Assembly: GCA_020137815.1 (NCBI GenBank) | Contig: CM035358.1 | Coordinates: 3,410,001 to 3,474,000, forward strand | Length of the DNA stretch: 64,000 bases | Reading direction: 5' to 3' | Source: Hormiphora californensis | Taxonomy: Eukaryota; Animalia; Ctenophora | In this document: one piece after another, positions 45,464 through 62,037 of the stretch | How the letters are laid out: each line of letters starts with the position of its first letter | How positions within the stretch are numbered: the first letter of the stretch is position 1 | Notes under the pieces: generated by a model | What the model saw: only the letters and a program-made list of their open reading frames with translations | The model's database searches: none | Told to the model about the DNA's origin: nothing | Made by a program: the position numbers and the translations under genes

Positions 45464-47956
45464 GTGATTGGAGCGATGACCGAGAGATATTGTACCACCT
45501 CCTGCAAACCATCCCACAAACCAACTGTATACAATACACTCCGGGATTTCATGGACACCAACCTTCTAACGCAGTTGGTATCATCACCAACCAGGGGAGA
45601 TAATGTTCTTGATCTAGTGTTCACCAACAGGCCAGATTATGTCCTGGCGGTGAACTGCGACGACCTCGGAATATCCGACCATTCCATGGTGACATGCACT
45701 CTGGCATTCAACTGTACGGAAAGGGTGGAGAGAGACCTTCGGGAGAAAACAGGGTTTGCAGCGCTCAGCTTATTGGACATGGATTTTGAGAGGGCAAACG
45801 CGTTGTTTGAGGAGGTGGACTGGGACCTCCTGCACCTCCTCTGTTCTGAAGGTGGCAGTGATTTTTTGGAACTGATGAGGCTTACAGTTCTACAGATAAC
45901 CACTATGTGTGCCCCACCTAAACGGGTTGGCAAGAAGTGGAGAGATAAGAAGTTGAGACACCTGCGGAGCCGGCGGAGGAAACTCAACCGGCGGATGGTC
46001 AGGGCATCTGGTAAGCTGAAACAGCGGCTAGAGGAAAAGGTGGACAGAATAACGATGGACATTAAAGACCACGTGAAAGATCTACAGCAAGCTAGAGAAG
46101 AAAAAGTTGCAGCGGCGGTTAAGTTGAACCCTAAGTACTTCTTCACCCACGCCAAATCCTTCTCCAAGGTGAAGTCCTCGGTCTCTCCACTCGCGAGGGA
46201 AGATGGTTCTCTTACAACAGATTCTAGGGAAAAGGCAGACCTGCTGCAGCGGCAATACGTGAAGGTCTTCAGTAACCCAGCGGATGTGGATCCAGAGAAG
46301 GCAATCGAGAACATCCCTGAGAACAAGGTGGAAATCTTGGATATAGAGTTTTTCCAGGAGGATATTGAAAAGGCATTAAAGGAGCTTAAACCCAACTCAG
46401 CAGCCCCACCGGGAGATATTCCAGCTGTCATTCTAAAAAGCTGTTGCAGCAGATTAGCGTACCCGATTTGGCTTCTCTGGAAGGAGTCTTTCAATACAAG
46501 TACCATACCAGCAGCAATGAAAGAACAGTTTATCTGTCCAATCTTTAAGAAAGGGGATCGCTCGCTGCCTGAGAATTACCGACCGGTGGCTATCACGTCA
46601 CATATCTCCAAAACATTTGAGAGGGTGCTGCGAGACCACCTGACGAACTTCTTGGAGAGAGCAGAGCTTCATTGCGATAGGCAGCACGGCTTTCGAAAGG
46701 GGCGAAGTACGATGACTCATCTCCTCGCCCATATAGATAGAGTATTAAAACAGCTCACTGAAGGGAATGAAGTGGACGTGTTGTATCTGGACTTTCAAAA
46801 GGCGTTTGATAGAGTTGATACACGTGTCTTACTCAAAAAGCTTCATCGTTATGGTGTCCGCGGCAAACTGTTGGCTTGGATAAAGGAGTTCCTCATCAAC
46901 CGGAAGCAGACGGTACTGGTGGACGGGGAGCAATCATTCTGGGAACTCGTGGTCAGTAGTGTAATCCAGGGCAGCGTACTGGGGCCAGTCCTTTTCATAT
47001 TTTATGTACTCGACCTGAAAGAATGCCTCTCAAGTGCAGACTCGATGTCTTTTGCCGATGACACTAAGCTGATCCAGGCTATCCAGACCCTTCTTGACCA
47101 AGTGGAACTTCAAGAGGACATCAAAAATGTTAGTCAGTGGTCGTCCAATAACAACATGAGGCTTCACGAGAAGAAGTTTCAGTTAATGATATACCCCCTA
47201 GGCAAGTCCCAGTTGCTTAGGGAGCTACCTTTCACGTCTGAAACCCTGAGCTATGTTACGGAAGCAGGTACGACTGTGGAACCTGAACAGCACGTAAAGG
47301 ACCTCGGTGTATGGTTGTCGGCGGATGGTACATGGACTTATCACATCAATGACATCGTTAGGAGGGCCAACCGGATTGCGGGATGGATTCTGAGCGTGTT
47401 CAGATGTAGATCTCAGGAGGTATTACTGACTCTATACAAGGCCTTGGTTCGTCCCATTCTAGAGTACTGCTGCTTGGTTTGGTCACCGTCCAAGGTAGCT
47501 GACATCCAGGCGCTGGAGAACGTTCAGCGAGCTTTCTTAAGAAAGATCTATGGGATGAATGAGCTGACCTACTGGGAGCGGTTGGAGACTCTGAAAATCA
47601 TGTCCCTTCAGAGGCGACGCCAGAGGTACGAGCTTATACATGTCTGGAAAATCTATCATGGACTAGTACCTAACTGTGTAGGAATGGAATTCCAGACAGG
47701 CCGCTTGGGGATACAGGTCAAAACGCAGAAGTATCCTTATTGGGCTGATAGGAGGCGAGCTACCCAGCTGTTCAACTCGTTCAGTTACAGGGCTCCTCAG
47801 TTGTGGAATAAACTGCCCCGAGAGGTGACCCTTTGTGAAACATTGGCAGGGTTTAAGGCTAGCCTGGGTTCTTTCATGAAGGAGTACAAGGACAGACCTC
47901 CGGTGAGAGGGTACCCCACGGTCCCGAATGACTTCAGTCAGGCGGCGAAATCTTAG
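45464..47956 (+). CDS. LINE B truncated ORF2 (reverse transcriptase intact); first ~22 codons are antisense host sequence
   Basis: NYRPVAITS, LDFQKAFDRV, QGSVLGPVLF, FADDTKL. Confidence 0.85.
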   Translation: MIGAMTERYCTTSCKPSHKPTVYNTLRDFMDTNLLTQLVSSPTRGDNVLDLVFTNRPDYVLAVNCDDLGISDHSMVTCTLAFNCTERVERDLREKTGFAALSLLDMDFERANALFEEVDWDLLHLLCSEGGSDFLELMRLTVLQITTMCAPPKRVGKKWRDKKLRHLRSRRRKLNRRMVRASGKLKQRLEEKVDRITMDIKDHVKDLQQAREEKVAAAVKLNPKYFFTHAKSFSKVKSSVSPLAREDGSLTTDSREKADLLQRQYVKVFSNPADVDPEKAIENIPENKVEILDIEFFQEDIEKALKELKPNSAAPPGDIPAVILKSCCSRLAYPIWLLWKESFNTSTIPAAMKEQFICPIFKKGDRSLPENYRPVAITSHISKTFERVLRDHLTNFLERAELHCDRQHGFRKGRSTMTHLLAHIDRVLKQLTEGNEVDVLYLDFQKAFDRVDTRVLLKKLHRYGVRGKLLAWIKEFLINRKQTVLVDGEQSFWELVVSSVIQGSVLGPVLFIFYVLDLKECLSSADSMSFADDTKLIQAIQTLLDQVELQEDIKNVSQWSSNNNMRLHEKKFQLMIYPLGKSQLLRELPFTSETLSYVTEAGTTVEPEQHVKDLGVWLSADGTWTYHINDIVRRANRIAGWILSVFRCRSQEVLLTLYKALVRPILEYCCLVWSPSKVADIQALENVQRAFLRKIYGMNELTYWERLETLKIMSLQRRRQRYELIHVWKIYHGLVPNCVGMEFQTGRLGIQVKTQKYPYWADRRRATQLFNSFSYRAPQLWNKLPREVTLCETLAGFKASLGSFMKEYKDRPPVRGYPTVPNDFSQAAKS

Positions 47957-48138
47957 CTGTGTGTGATTTTGCTGGGTGTGATTTTGCTGTGTGTGATTTT
48001 GCTGATGACTGACCACATGACAGGGCGATTCGTTTTTAATATTTTGAGTTAAGACTTGACAAGGAGGACCCACTCGCTGGGAAATCCGCACGCGTTTAGA
48101 TTGTGTAAATTTAATTTGATTTGATTTGATTTGATTTG
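45531..48138 (+). mobile_element. LINE B: 5'-truncated CR1/L2-group retrotransposon, sister subfamily of LINE A
   Basis: Begins within the endonuclease domain (YNTLRDFMDTNLLTQLVSSPTRG); ORF open to 47956; (TTTGA)n tail; no TSD. Confidence 0.95.
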
Positions 48139-49253
48139 ATCCCCTGGATTCAAGAGTTTGAAAATTGACAAGAGGTCATCCTCAGATAACCGCTGAATGG
48201 TTGGTTCTCCCTCCCTCTCTGGGTCGGTAGACCATTCTTCGAAAACCGGCTTTGTTTCATCGTCCGCGTCGTACTCTGGCTCTGACATTTCTATAACAAG
48301 GGAGAGAAATGTTTAAAGTGAGAGCTGTTCGTAGAAAAATAATTGGACAAGATTAGTAGTATTATAAAACTTTTCGCGATGAATTGTTAGCAATGGAAGG
48401 GCGAAGGCATCCAGCCTGCTGTCTGGGTGACCCAGGTCCCAGGTTTCAACTTTGCCCCTCATGAGTCATGAGCAACATCGGAACCGGAAACGGCTCTTTC
48501 TCTGACAAATACTAAAAAAAACAACAACAAAACAAGGTAGTAGGTAGTAGGTAGAGCGAAGGCCGAAGGATAAGGCAGCTTTTTTGATTTTTCTCTTTTA
48601 AAAAATCCCGGTCTCGTTTTTGGAAACGAGCTTCAGCTTCAAAATTTTGCAAAATAAAATGACTTTTCCAAATGCGCGCGCGGCATAGTCCGCCGCGCAG
48701 ACAAAACTCTTTTTGGCTTGCGCGCTACGTTTTATGGCCTTAAGTTAATTGAAATTCGAGGACATTTGTCAAGAGTCATATTTAATATTGCTGGCAAAGT
48801 AATAATAATAATCTCAAATGAGTTTACCATTTGGTAAACATAACTATAAAACTGCTTCTGCCAGTGTCTCCGCATCGGTTTAGTTTCTAATTCTAATTCT
48901 AGTTCCAGAATAAGATAAAGAAATGTTAACTCTAACATTGGGTACTTGCACGAATAATAATAATATTGGTACAAATACAGTGTTCACGAATACCAACAGT
49001 ACTTGGCGTTACCAAGAATACACACACCTTCACTGCAGTACGTATTGAGGATCTTTACCGAATATATATGCGATCCGGATCAAGTAATAATAATATTAGC
49101 AAATGTATACCGTTGTATCAAAGTTAACAGAAGCTATTGGTCCAGCAAAAGCTCGAGTTTAATGTCAATACATAACTTGTAATTGTCCCCCTCCATCACT
49201 AATCACTATAACAGATATGATCTACACGGCCGTTCCATCACAAGATATCTGAT

Positions 49254-53452
<4,199 letters not shown>

Positions 53453-53908
53453 GTGTTAAAGATGTTAGCATATAACATGACGTTGTGGGAATTAGAGCGG
53501 CAGAAATCTTGCAACAGATTATTTGATTTTAATCAGAATGACAACATTTCAAGAATACTATAATAGGAGCTAATGATAAAATATACCTTGCATCATATGT
53601 GTCAAAGTTATCGAAGTATGATCTCCCTGCACTGCTACAACCTTGTTCTGACATTGAAACACACACACGTCTTACATCATTCCTATAGAGAGATGGAAAA
53701 TGAATCTACACTATTGTGAAACTATTCAGGGGGAAGAACATCTGTTCATGTTGGAACATGATCATTGTCAAGGGTACACCGATTTAAGGGAAAGGTTACA
53801 CCGAGTAAAGCACAGTCTGGATGTAGCTGTAATAAGCAAAGCAAGCAACAACACACCTTCATAGTGAAGTTGGTGGTGTAGGTTGTCATATAAACAAACA
53901 CACTCTTC

Positions 53909-53955
<47 letters not shown>

Positions 53956-53973
53956 CCTCTCTCCTCTCTCTTC

Positions 53974-54068
<95 letters not shown>

Positions 54069-54282
54069 CTCCCCTCTCTCTCTCTGTTCCTACATGTCCC
54101 TTCTCCATAATACTTTGCATAAAATGCCTGTCACGCTAAACGCAGTCGTGCAGTACAACATGTGAGAGACTGCCAATGTGCGCCGTCTAATAAGTTCTCT
54201 TACTTCCTGGGTCGAACGAGAGAAAGAGGGAGAAGGAGAGAGAAAGAGGGAGAAGGAGAGATAGATAGTGAGAGAGGGAGAA

Positions 54283-54317
<35 letters not shown>

Positions 54318-54426
54318 AAGAGAGAGAGATGGAGATGTCTCAGGGAGAGAATGAGAGAGTCTCAGAGAGATGTTACGGTCACGGGTCATTGCACAGAAAG
54401 ACATAAACAAAACAACATCCTCTTAA

Positions 54427-54894
54427 AGTGAGAGTGGACCGGATCAGAATTGGACAAGTTTGTTGTAGGTAGTAGAGATTAGCTTTCTGAGCATTTTGCG
54501 TTTTTGCCGCTCAAAATCGACCCACCCATCACTGAGATATGTTTGTTATGTTGGGAGAATTTCTGCTGGATCAATATTTAACAAACAGGATAGAAACAAT
54601 CCTTGTGTTTTACTTCACATTCTTTAAATTTTTAATATGCTGGCTTGCATTGCCCTGCTTCTGTGCATGGACATGTCAACCTCACTGCTTATATTCAGAA
54701 TGTGTTAGTAAAACACCACGATTGTTTCTATTATGTTTTATACATACTGATTAAACAGGAGTTCTCCCAACATAACAAAAATATCTCAGTGATGGGTGGG
54801 TCGATTTTGAACGGCAAAAACGCAAAATGCTCAGAAAGCTAATCTCTACTACCTACAACAAACTTGTGCAATTCTGATTCGGTCCACTCTCACT
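54427..54894. mobile_element. Kolobok-like foldback MITE (TTAA TSD)
   Basis: TTAA|AGTGAGAGTGGACCG..CGGTCCACTCTCACT|TTAA; ~135-bp arms; lies ~35 bp past the PRPF38B stop. Confidence 0.85.
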
Positions 54895-54930
54895 TTAAAA
54901 AGGTCTGATCTGAAGTGTAATGAAAGTGTT

Positions 54931-57351
54931 TTATTCACTCATTGGAGCTGGCTCATCTGCTGGTGATCTTCTATCATCCTTCAGTGGAGGGGGTGTGCCT
55001 GATTTCCTGTCAGGAGTTATCGATGGGTAATCTTTTCGGTCAGGGGTAACGGATCTATCATGTTTCTGGGGTGTCACGGAACGTCTTCGCTTACTCCTAC
55101 TCCTACTTCGAGATTGGGATCGTTTGCGGTTCTTCTTCTTCTTTTCCTTTTTCCGCTCTCTCGACGAGCTTCGTCTGTCTTTTTTCTTGCGTTCTGGCGA
55201 CCTTCCCCGGGATCTCTCTCTGGACCGATCCCGTGACTTTTTCTTCTTTTCCTTCTTTTCAGGGGCAGAACCATCGTCAGAAATCTGACCTTCTTCCTCG
55301 TCGTCATCATCCTTCTTTTTCTTCTTCTTTTTCTTTGATTTCTTCTCCACCACGTAACGTCGTATTATCCTCTTTGGTGCTTCTTCTTCCTCTCCTTTTT
55401 CGGTGGCACTAGCGGGGTTACTATCTGGCTGATTTTTCTGTCGTCCCTAATTTCTCGATCACCCATTCTATCATCCCTTCTATCTCGATCACCCATTCTA
55501 TCATCCCGTCTATCATCTCTTCGGTCATCTCTCCGATCACGCTCGTCCCTTCTATCACCGGGTTTATTATCCCGCCTGTCGTCCCTTCTATCATATCTTC
55601 TATCCCCTGATCGATCGTCTCGCCCCTCATCCTCCCTTCTCCTCTGATCATTGTCTCTCCCACGATAAGACCCCTCTCTGCTTTCCCTGCCCCGGTAAGA
55701 TCCCTCCCTACTCTCATCTCCCCTGCCTCGGTGAGATCCTTCCTCACCACGACCTCTGTAGGACCCATCTCTAACATCATCTACACGGCCTCTGTAGGAC
55801 CCATCTCTAGTGTCATCTCCACGGCCCCGAGTAGAGTCTTCCCTCCCTTCTTCTCGGTGTCTGTTATATGATCCCTCCCTTCCTTCCTCTCGATTTCTGC
55901 CGTATGACCCCTCCCTCCCTTCCTCTCGGTTTCTGCCGTAGGATCCTTCTCTAGTCCTGTCTTCCTCAGTTCGAAGCCGGTTATACGTCCCCTCTCGACC
56001 TCTATAACCCTCTCGTTCTGCAGGGGTAGAGAGATTTTAGAAAGTGGTATAATCGTGTATGAGAATGAACTTTGAAAATAAAGAATCACATACCGGTTTC
56101 AGCGGCACCATTAGCCTCTCTTCTTGCTTGTCTCCTCTCTTCCAACTTCTTTTCAAGATCTTTTGTTACAACGACTGGTATCCTGAAATATCGTTAGTTA
56201 GTTTACTCCAGGAACCGACCGAAACAAGTAAACAACCAATCAGAACTCGTTATTTAGGTCACGTGACTGGTTATCAGCCAATTAGGGACCAGTATTTCCT
56301 GATTCGGTCGTTTCTAGTTTACTCGTTCTCTATCTTTACATATTCCATCTTAAACTTGTTTTAGGCACATATAACAATTGAATTTAGTTAAATGTTTGCC
56401 CCTGTTACCTTGGGAAGAGTGTGGTAAACCAGTCCAGTTTTGATAGCATCTGCTCACACATATCTCCAATAGTTATCGCTCTCCCGCCTCCAGCGCGCGG
56501 ATCTATCTCCTGGTCAAGGGGGAGAGAGATTTGATAGCACAGATTCGGTTCTAGGTTTAGGCAAAGCAGTACACTTGTAAAAGAAGGGTTGGGGTCTTCG
56601 GGCCCACTAAACAGATAATTGTGATTTAAGAGCTGTGAGGGGTTGGCTAAAGTGTGTCACAATAGCAGGGGTTGGCTAAAGTGACAAGTCACACAGGTGT
56701 ACTCACCCTTCTTCACCCACCTCAGCGCAGTCCATATAGGGCTCCATCCAGGGCCAGAATGTCTTGGGATGCTGGGTGTACCTATAATAATTGGAGAGTT
56801 AGAACCACCGGGAACATTGATTTGTGTAGGGAACAAAAACAACAAAGAACCCCTTTGTATCAGGAAAAAAATACCCCAACAACAACATTGTCAGACCCAA
56901 TTATATCCCAGTTAATTGTTACCTCTCGCACGGACCTGAGATAGAGAAGAGCCACACCACGGACAAAGACGCAGTTATGGTTTAACATACTGTTTAGTTG
57001 GTTTCGGGTCAGTTTCAGCACGAAGAGCTTGTAGAGGAGGCAAAATGCACTACTCACCACTCCGCCTGCCCCTACTCCCCGCACCTGGGGTGAATGAGGG
57101 GTGGAGGAAAAGGAGGAATAAGGGGGTGAAGGGGAGGAAGATAAAGACTATTGATCATATAATAGTTGTATATCCTAGAGGGATCCTATACCAATAAACT
57201 TCTTCCACCATGATACCCTTCCTGGTACTTAGCTATAAACAAGAGTCTGGTGATCGGATCATTAGCTATTAGTATTTAACTTACCCCGCCACACATGCCC
57301 GTCTGTCCAGCGGTCTTTCTGCTTCCCTTTTCCCATGGCTCCAGATGTTTC
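54931..57351 (-). CDS. PRPF38B: Pre-mRNA splicing factor 38B (first exon(s) not located)
   Basis: VKHLEPWEKGSRKTAGQTGMCGG|VRGVGAGGVVSSAFCLLYKLFVLKLT, YTQHPKTFWPW, AGGGRAITIGDM..LDWFTTLFPRIPV, then a long RS/RD-rich tail. Confidence 0.92.
56209..56316. mobile_element. 109-bp MITE copy 6
   Basis: Same family; TSD GTTTACTC. Confidence 0.85.
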
Positions 57352-57944
57352 ACCTAGAGAGGTATAGAGAGGGTAAAACAGAGTACAGATACCCCCACCA
57401 TTCCCAGTTTGGTTCTAACTATAAGTGCAAGCATTCATATCGACCAAAAAAGCCCTTGATTGGGTGTGTGTAAATATTTGATTTTCATTGTTTTCCGTAC
57501 CCTTTCTAAATTTTACCCCGATACAAAAATAAGAAAGTTCCCCGAAGAGTCAAGATGAAACATAACTTTACAAAAAACAGCAAACATGGGCAGAGTGAAT
57601 TATAGGAGGCGACGAGTTACAAAGAAAGGTCATCAATTCGAGGGGGAGAGAGAGGATAAACATATAGAAGTAGAAAGAGAGAGAGGAGAGACTGAGTTGT
57701 TGAAAGGTGGTGGTGGGTTACTGCACACGCCAGATTACCGTGTAAACGGCCCTCCTTATTACACAGGAGGGGACGTCTGGAATGTTTTCAGCGTTACTTG
57801 ACGAGTGTACCTTTCGTGTAGTGACGGTATCAGTATGAAGAAATGGAAAGTGGACCCCAGCCCCACAGAGAAGTGTCCAGGGTGTGTTTGTGTAGCAGAG
57901 TAGTGAATAGGCAAATTTGAAAAGTGAGTCGTTACAAGCAGCCC

Positions 57945-58086
<142 letters not shown>

Positions 58087-58499
58087 TTATGTATTTAGTT
58101 TGACAAATAACGAAATCAAGGTTAATTCAAAGAGAAGTAAATATCATGAACAATATACCGTCTACTGATGTTGAACCACGTCATAGCGATTAAATGCCCA
58201 TATATAGTCATGATTCATGAACCAAAATAACCTAAGTGACAGTTGCTTGAAGCTCCTTCTTTAGACATTTTAAAGCAAGTCATGAAAGTGTCACTGTCTC
58301 TCAAATTAATTTTTTAGATCGCAATAAATCAATGTAGTAAATGGCAATCTGTTCTACAGAATACATCTGAATTCTGTACATTAAACACACCCTAATTTAT
58401 TTTCTAAAACATTTATTTGCTCTCCCTAAACATAATGTCTACCAAGGTCGACTTTTTAGTATTTATCCAAAAGTTTATGACTCCAAAATAGTCCACTCA

Positions 58500-59378
58500 T
58501 TACTTCCCGAAATAGTAAGATTCCGGAATAATATTATTGACAATATCCTTGGAATAGCAACATCCAAACCCCTGTAGAGTCTCGAGTATGATCTGCTTAA
58601 AGCTCATCGGATACCTCCCACCCAACTTCTCTTTCCATACATCCCGCAGTCCCTCCACCAGGAGCCTATCACAAAATATGTTATCTACCGTCCTCATCAG
58701 ATCTATCACACCAAACTGCCGCTTCATGATGTCATGTGACGTCATGATGTGTTGTGACGTCATAGACGAGGTGATGATGTCATCATTGGGTGTACTGCTG
58801 CAGGGAAGCTTGTTTAGCAAGTCATCCAAACCATCCCTGAGATGGTTCAACACTGTAAGATAGGTGTCCCGTGTGTCATCCGATGGATCACTATTCTCCA
58901 GTACATTTATGAGATAATCTAGGATCAACCCACACTTGTAACTGCGGTATGGACCACATGCCAGTTCCCAGGCGAGCCTCCTCTCCTCCCTCCTAAAACA
59001 CGCCTTGGTCGCATCCGCAAAGTCAGAAAACCTCTCACTCGACATTAACCGGTTAATTTCCCGGGCAGAAACCAGCTGTTGCTCAGGTGAGAGGTTAATA
59101 TCTGAACAGACTATGAAGTGAACGACCACCACTGCTTTCCGTATCCTGGGGCTATTCGGGGTAACATGTAGGACCCAGGAGGGAGATCCGGTACAGAGAT
59201 AGGTCTCCAGAGTTTGAGCTAACGACTCAACTTCACTTCTCTTGTAACTGGGGTATAAATGGACTGATAGAGGAATAATTTCCCATCGAGATTTAATGGA
59301 AGTTTCAATGAAAGTAAGAAATGTAAAATAGACTTACCCGCTTGTCAAATGGCCCAGGAGAAACAGAACCAGAATCAT
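58500..59378 (-). CDS. Uncharacterised secreted protein, 2 exons (~260 aa)
   Basis: Exon 1 MILVLFLLGHLTSG (signal-peptide-like) |GTAAGT, spliced in frame to the 59248-58500 exon. Confidence 0.6.
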
Positions 59379-60478
59379 GACACTTAGCAGTGTGGTAAAA
59401 CATCTGGTGCCCCCATTTTTCCTGTCAAATCTTTCTACAAAGTCTATCGCTCTTCTTTTTTAGCCCCTCTCCGTAATATCATAATTATTATTATGACAAC
59501 TCTTTTTTCACTCTCCATACCCCTCTTACAATACATCCCCCTCTTTCAATACATCCCCCTCTTTCAATACATCCCCCTCTTTCAATACATCTCATGCATT
59601 CACCGGGCACACTATAAAGTGTGAGGGATTAATGCTAATAATATGACTTGTGAATAAAGAAAATGAAAAAAAGAAGACATGAAAAAACATGCGATGAAAA
59701 AGAGGGTCATATAATGAGCGGTTCAAGTTGTGAATAGTATATTTTCCCCTATTTATAGAGTTAGTGCTCCATTTCGTCACATCTTCGTATCTTGGACATC
59801 TAGATTCCCCAGTTTCAAAGTACGCCAACCATTTCCCTTTCTTGAAGTGTGTAATCTGTATTCCATTTTGATCATTGTTCCCCAAAACCAGACGTCGTAC
59901 GTGTCCTCAGATCCAAATAGAGAGCTCAATTATGCTGTTATGTATTTATTCTTAGCACTCTTACCTCAACTAAGTGAGAGCACGTTAGCGAGCGGGCCTA
60001 ACTAGCTAAGGAGGGCTAGAGAGAGAGGTCAGAGATAGAGAGAGAGAGAGAGAGAGAATTAAGCTTTCAACCCAATATCTTTAGCGTGCTAGCTACATTT
60101 ACTATGTTTGAGGACCTTACATATGCATATTTCCATGTTTTAATCATAGCTCATTAGCAAAGCATTATAATAAGAATAAAAACCAAGAATATGGTTGTGC
60201 AACGCATTTCTTTAGCCATAAGCCTATTTAAACATGCCACAGAATACTCTGGATCAGCTGTATAGGGCTGATGACACCGTCCGTGGTAGAGATATGTTGA
60301 GGGGGTGATCCCTGTATTGATCTCACGTGGTTCGAAGTTTGGTCAGGCATAGAAGACTCGGGATGTTACAAAGGTGAACAAATTTCAATAGCAAAACAGA
60401 CGTTTCGGCGTAAAATAGCCCTCATCAGTGATGAGGGCTATTTTACGCCGAGGGCTATTTACGCCGAAACGTCTGTTT

Positions 60479-61488
60479 TAGTTAGGGAGAATTAGCCGAA
60501 ATTAGTGGCAAAATTTTTAACAAGCTAATTCCTTCACTAAGTGACCCTAATGGGTCCTCTGAATCACCAAAAAAAAGTTCCAGCCGATCGGGCTTGCAGA
60601 AGGCCCTTATTTCCGGGTGGGCGCGGCACCTGTATTTTCAGCCTGAGGCAAAAACCATAAGTACCCTTAAAATAGGAGTAGAGATAAAATCGAGGGCACT
60701 AAAGTGATCAGCGACCTCGCATTAGTGGGGGTAGGTGCCGGAATTAAGTCTCTATCTCATCTGGTTAATTAGATAATTGGATAATTAGGTTTGCGTGTGT
60801 ACCGTTTTTTGGCTATATGGCTATAGCCACTTAGGAATGGTATAGGGACTTTTCATTGGTGCCATTTTGTTCAGAAGAAAATTTTAGAGAGGAGTTCTGG
60901 AAAAATTTAGGGCCTATCTCTTACCGTTTTGGCGTTATTAGCCGTTAAACTAGGCCAATTAACTCAATTTTTGACATTTTCGCGAAATTTCGACTAATTT
61001 GGCCTAGTTTGACGGCTAATAACGCCAAAACGGTAAGAGATAGGCCCTAAATTTTTCCACAACTCCTCTCTAAAATTTTCTTCTGAACAAAATGGCACCA
61101 ATGAAAAGTCTCTATACCATTCCTAAGTGGCTATAGCCATATAGCCAAAAAACGGTACACACGCAAACCTAATTATCCAATTATCTAATTAACCAGATGA
61201 GATAGAGACTTAATTCCGGCACCTACCCCCACTAATGCGAGGTCGCTGATCACTTTAGTGCCCTCGATTTTATCTCTACTCCTATTTTAAGGGTACTTAT
61301 GGTTTTTGCCTCAGGCTGAAAATACAGGTGCCGCGCCCACCCGGAAATAAGGGCCTTCTGCAAGCCCGATCGGCTGGAACTTTTTTTTGGTGATTCAGAG
61401 GACCCATTAGGGTCACTTAGTGAAGGAATTAGCTTGTTAAAAATTTTGCCGATAATTTGCTGGTTTTTTAGCTAATTTTCCCTAACTA
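60479..61488. mobile_element. 1-kb palindromic TAG..CTA element (Academ-like), TSD TTT
   Basis: TAGTTAGGGA..TCCCTAACTA; near-perfect arms; ~270-bp core shared with 34474-35474. Confidence 0.88.
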
Positions 61489-61569
61489 TTTTGCTATTGA
61501 AATTTGTTCACCTTTGTAACATCCGAAGTCTGCTATGCCTGACCAAACTTCGAACCACGTGAGATCAAT

Positions 61570-62037
61570 GGGGGGGGGGGCCTGCCGCAAGAATCACATG
61601 CCTCATTCGCGATTTTCAGGGTAGCTGAGATTTTTGAGATTTGCGATTTTTGGCCAAAAACCGTGAGATTATGAGAAAATGAGGCAAATTTGCGATTTTT
61701 CCATCCAAAAATTTGGGATAGAAACAATCCTTGTGTTTTTTTTCCAAAAATCGAAATTCTGAATAGAAATTTTCCTTGTGTTCTAATACAAAAGTTAATA
61801 ATAAGCTTAGAATATGACAATGACCTAATTAGGTTATTAAATTAATAGTATGGTCTGGTTTTCAGCTAAAAAATATGACGAAAAACTGAGTATTGGCAGA
61901 AAAAATTGTGCCAATTTACCACAAAAATCTCAAAAATCTCAAACGTAATTGAGCAAATTTTCCCAAAAATCTCAAAAATCTCATCGGCCAAAAATAGGGT
62001 AGCTGAGATTCTTGCTGCAGGCCCCCCCCCCCCCCCC
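61570..62037. mobile_element. TIR element with poly-G/poly-C termini and 6-bp TSD
   Basis: (G)nCCTGC(C/A)GCAAGAATC..GATTCTTGCTGCAGG(C)n; TSD ATCAAT. Confidence 0.8.

Larger units (their letters stand above)
37141..48288 (-). pseudogene. F-box/LRR gene split into four pieces by three TE insertions (48288-48139, 45530-45109, 42402-42110, 37679-37141)
   Basis: Joined pieces total 1404 nt = 467 aa + stop with no internal stop. F-box IQRLSEDDLLSIFKLLNPGD|IQLVCGMVCRRWYNIS; LRRs CKNLTHLSF, LKGLKDLEID|IQS, MPMMKRLKID..KK|LESMPNLEYLHID, CPNLISLTL, LENLETLKIVGCDRVT. Confidence 0.88.

Noticed and set aside
45637-46506. 289-aa antisense ORF in LINE B
   Set aside because: Shadow of the RT reading frame; not conserved as a continuous ORF in LINE A.
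37141-48288. The three insertions being removed as precise introns
   Set aside because: No GT..AG pairs at the insertion junctions on the minus strand; precise splicing is unsupported.
57285-57337. ATG at ~57335 as the PRPF38B start
   Set aside because: Out of frame; the exon is internal (EPWEKGSRKTAGQTGMCGG).
59592-59885. 97-aa minus-strand ORF as a gene
   Set aside because: No recognisable motif or confident splice partners; may be an exon but unsupported.
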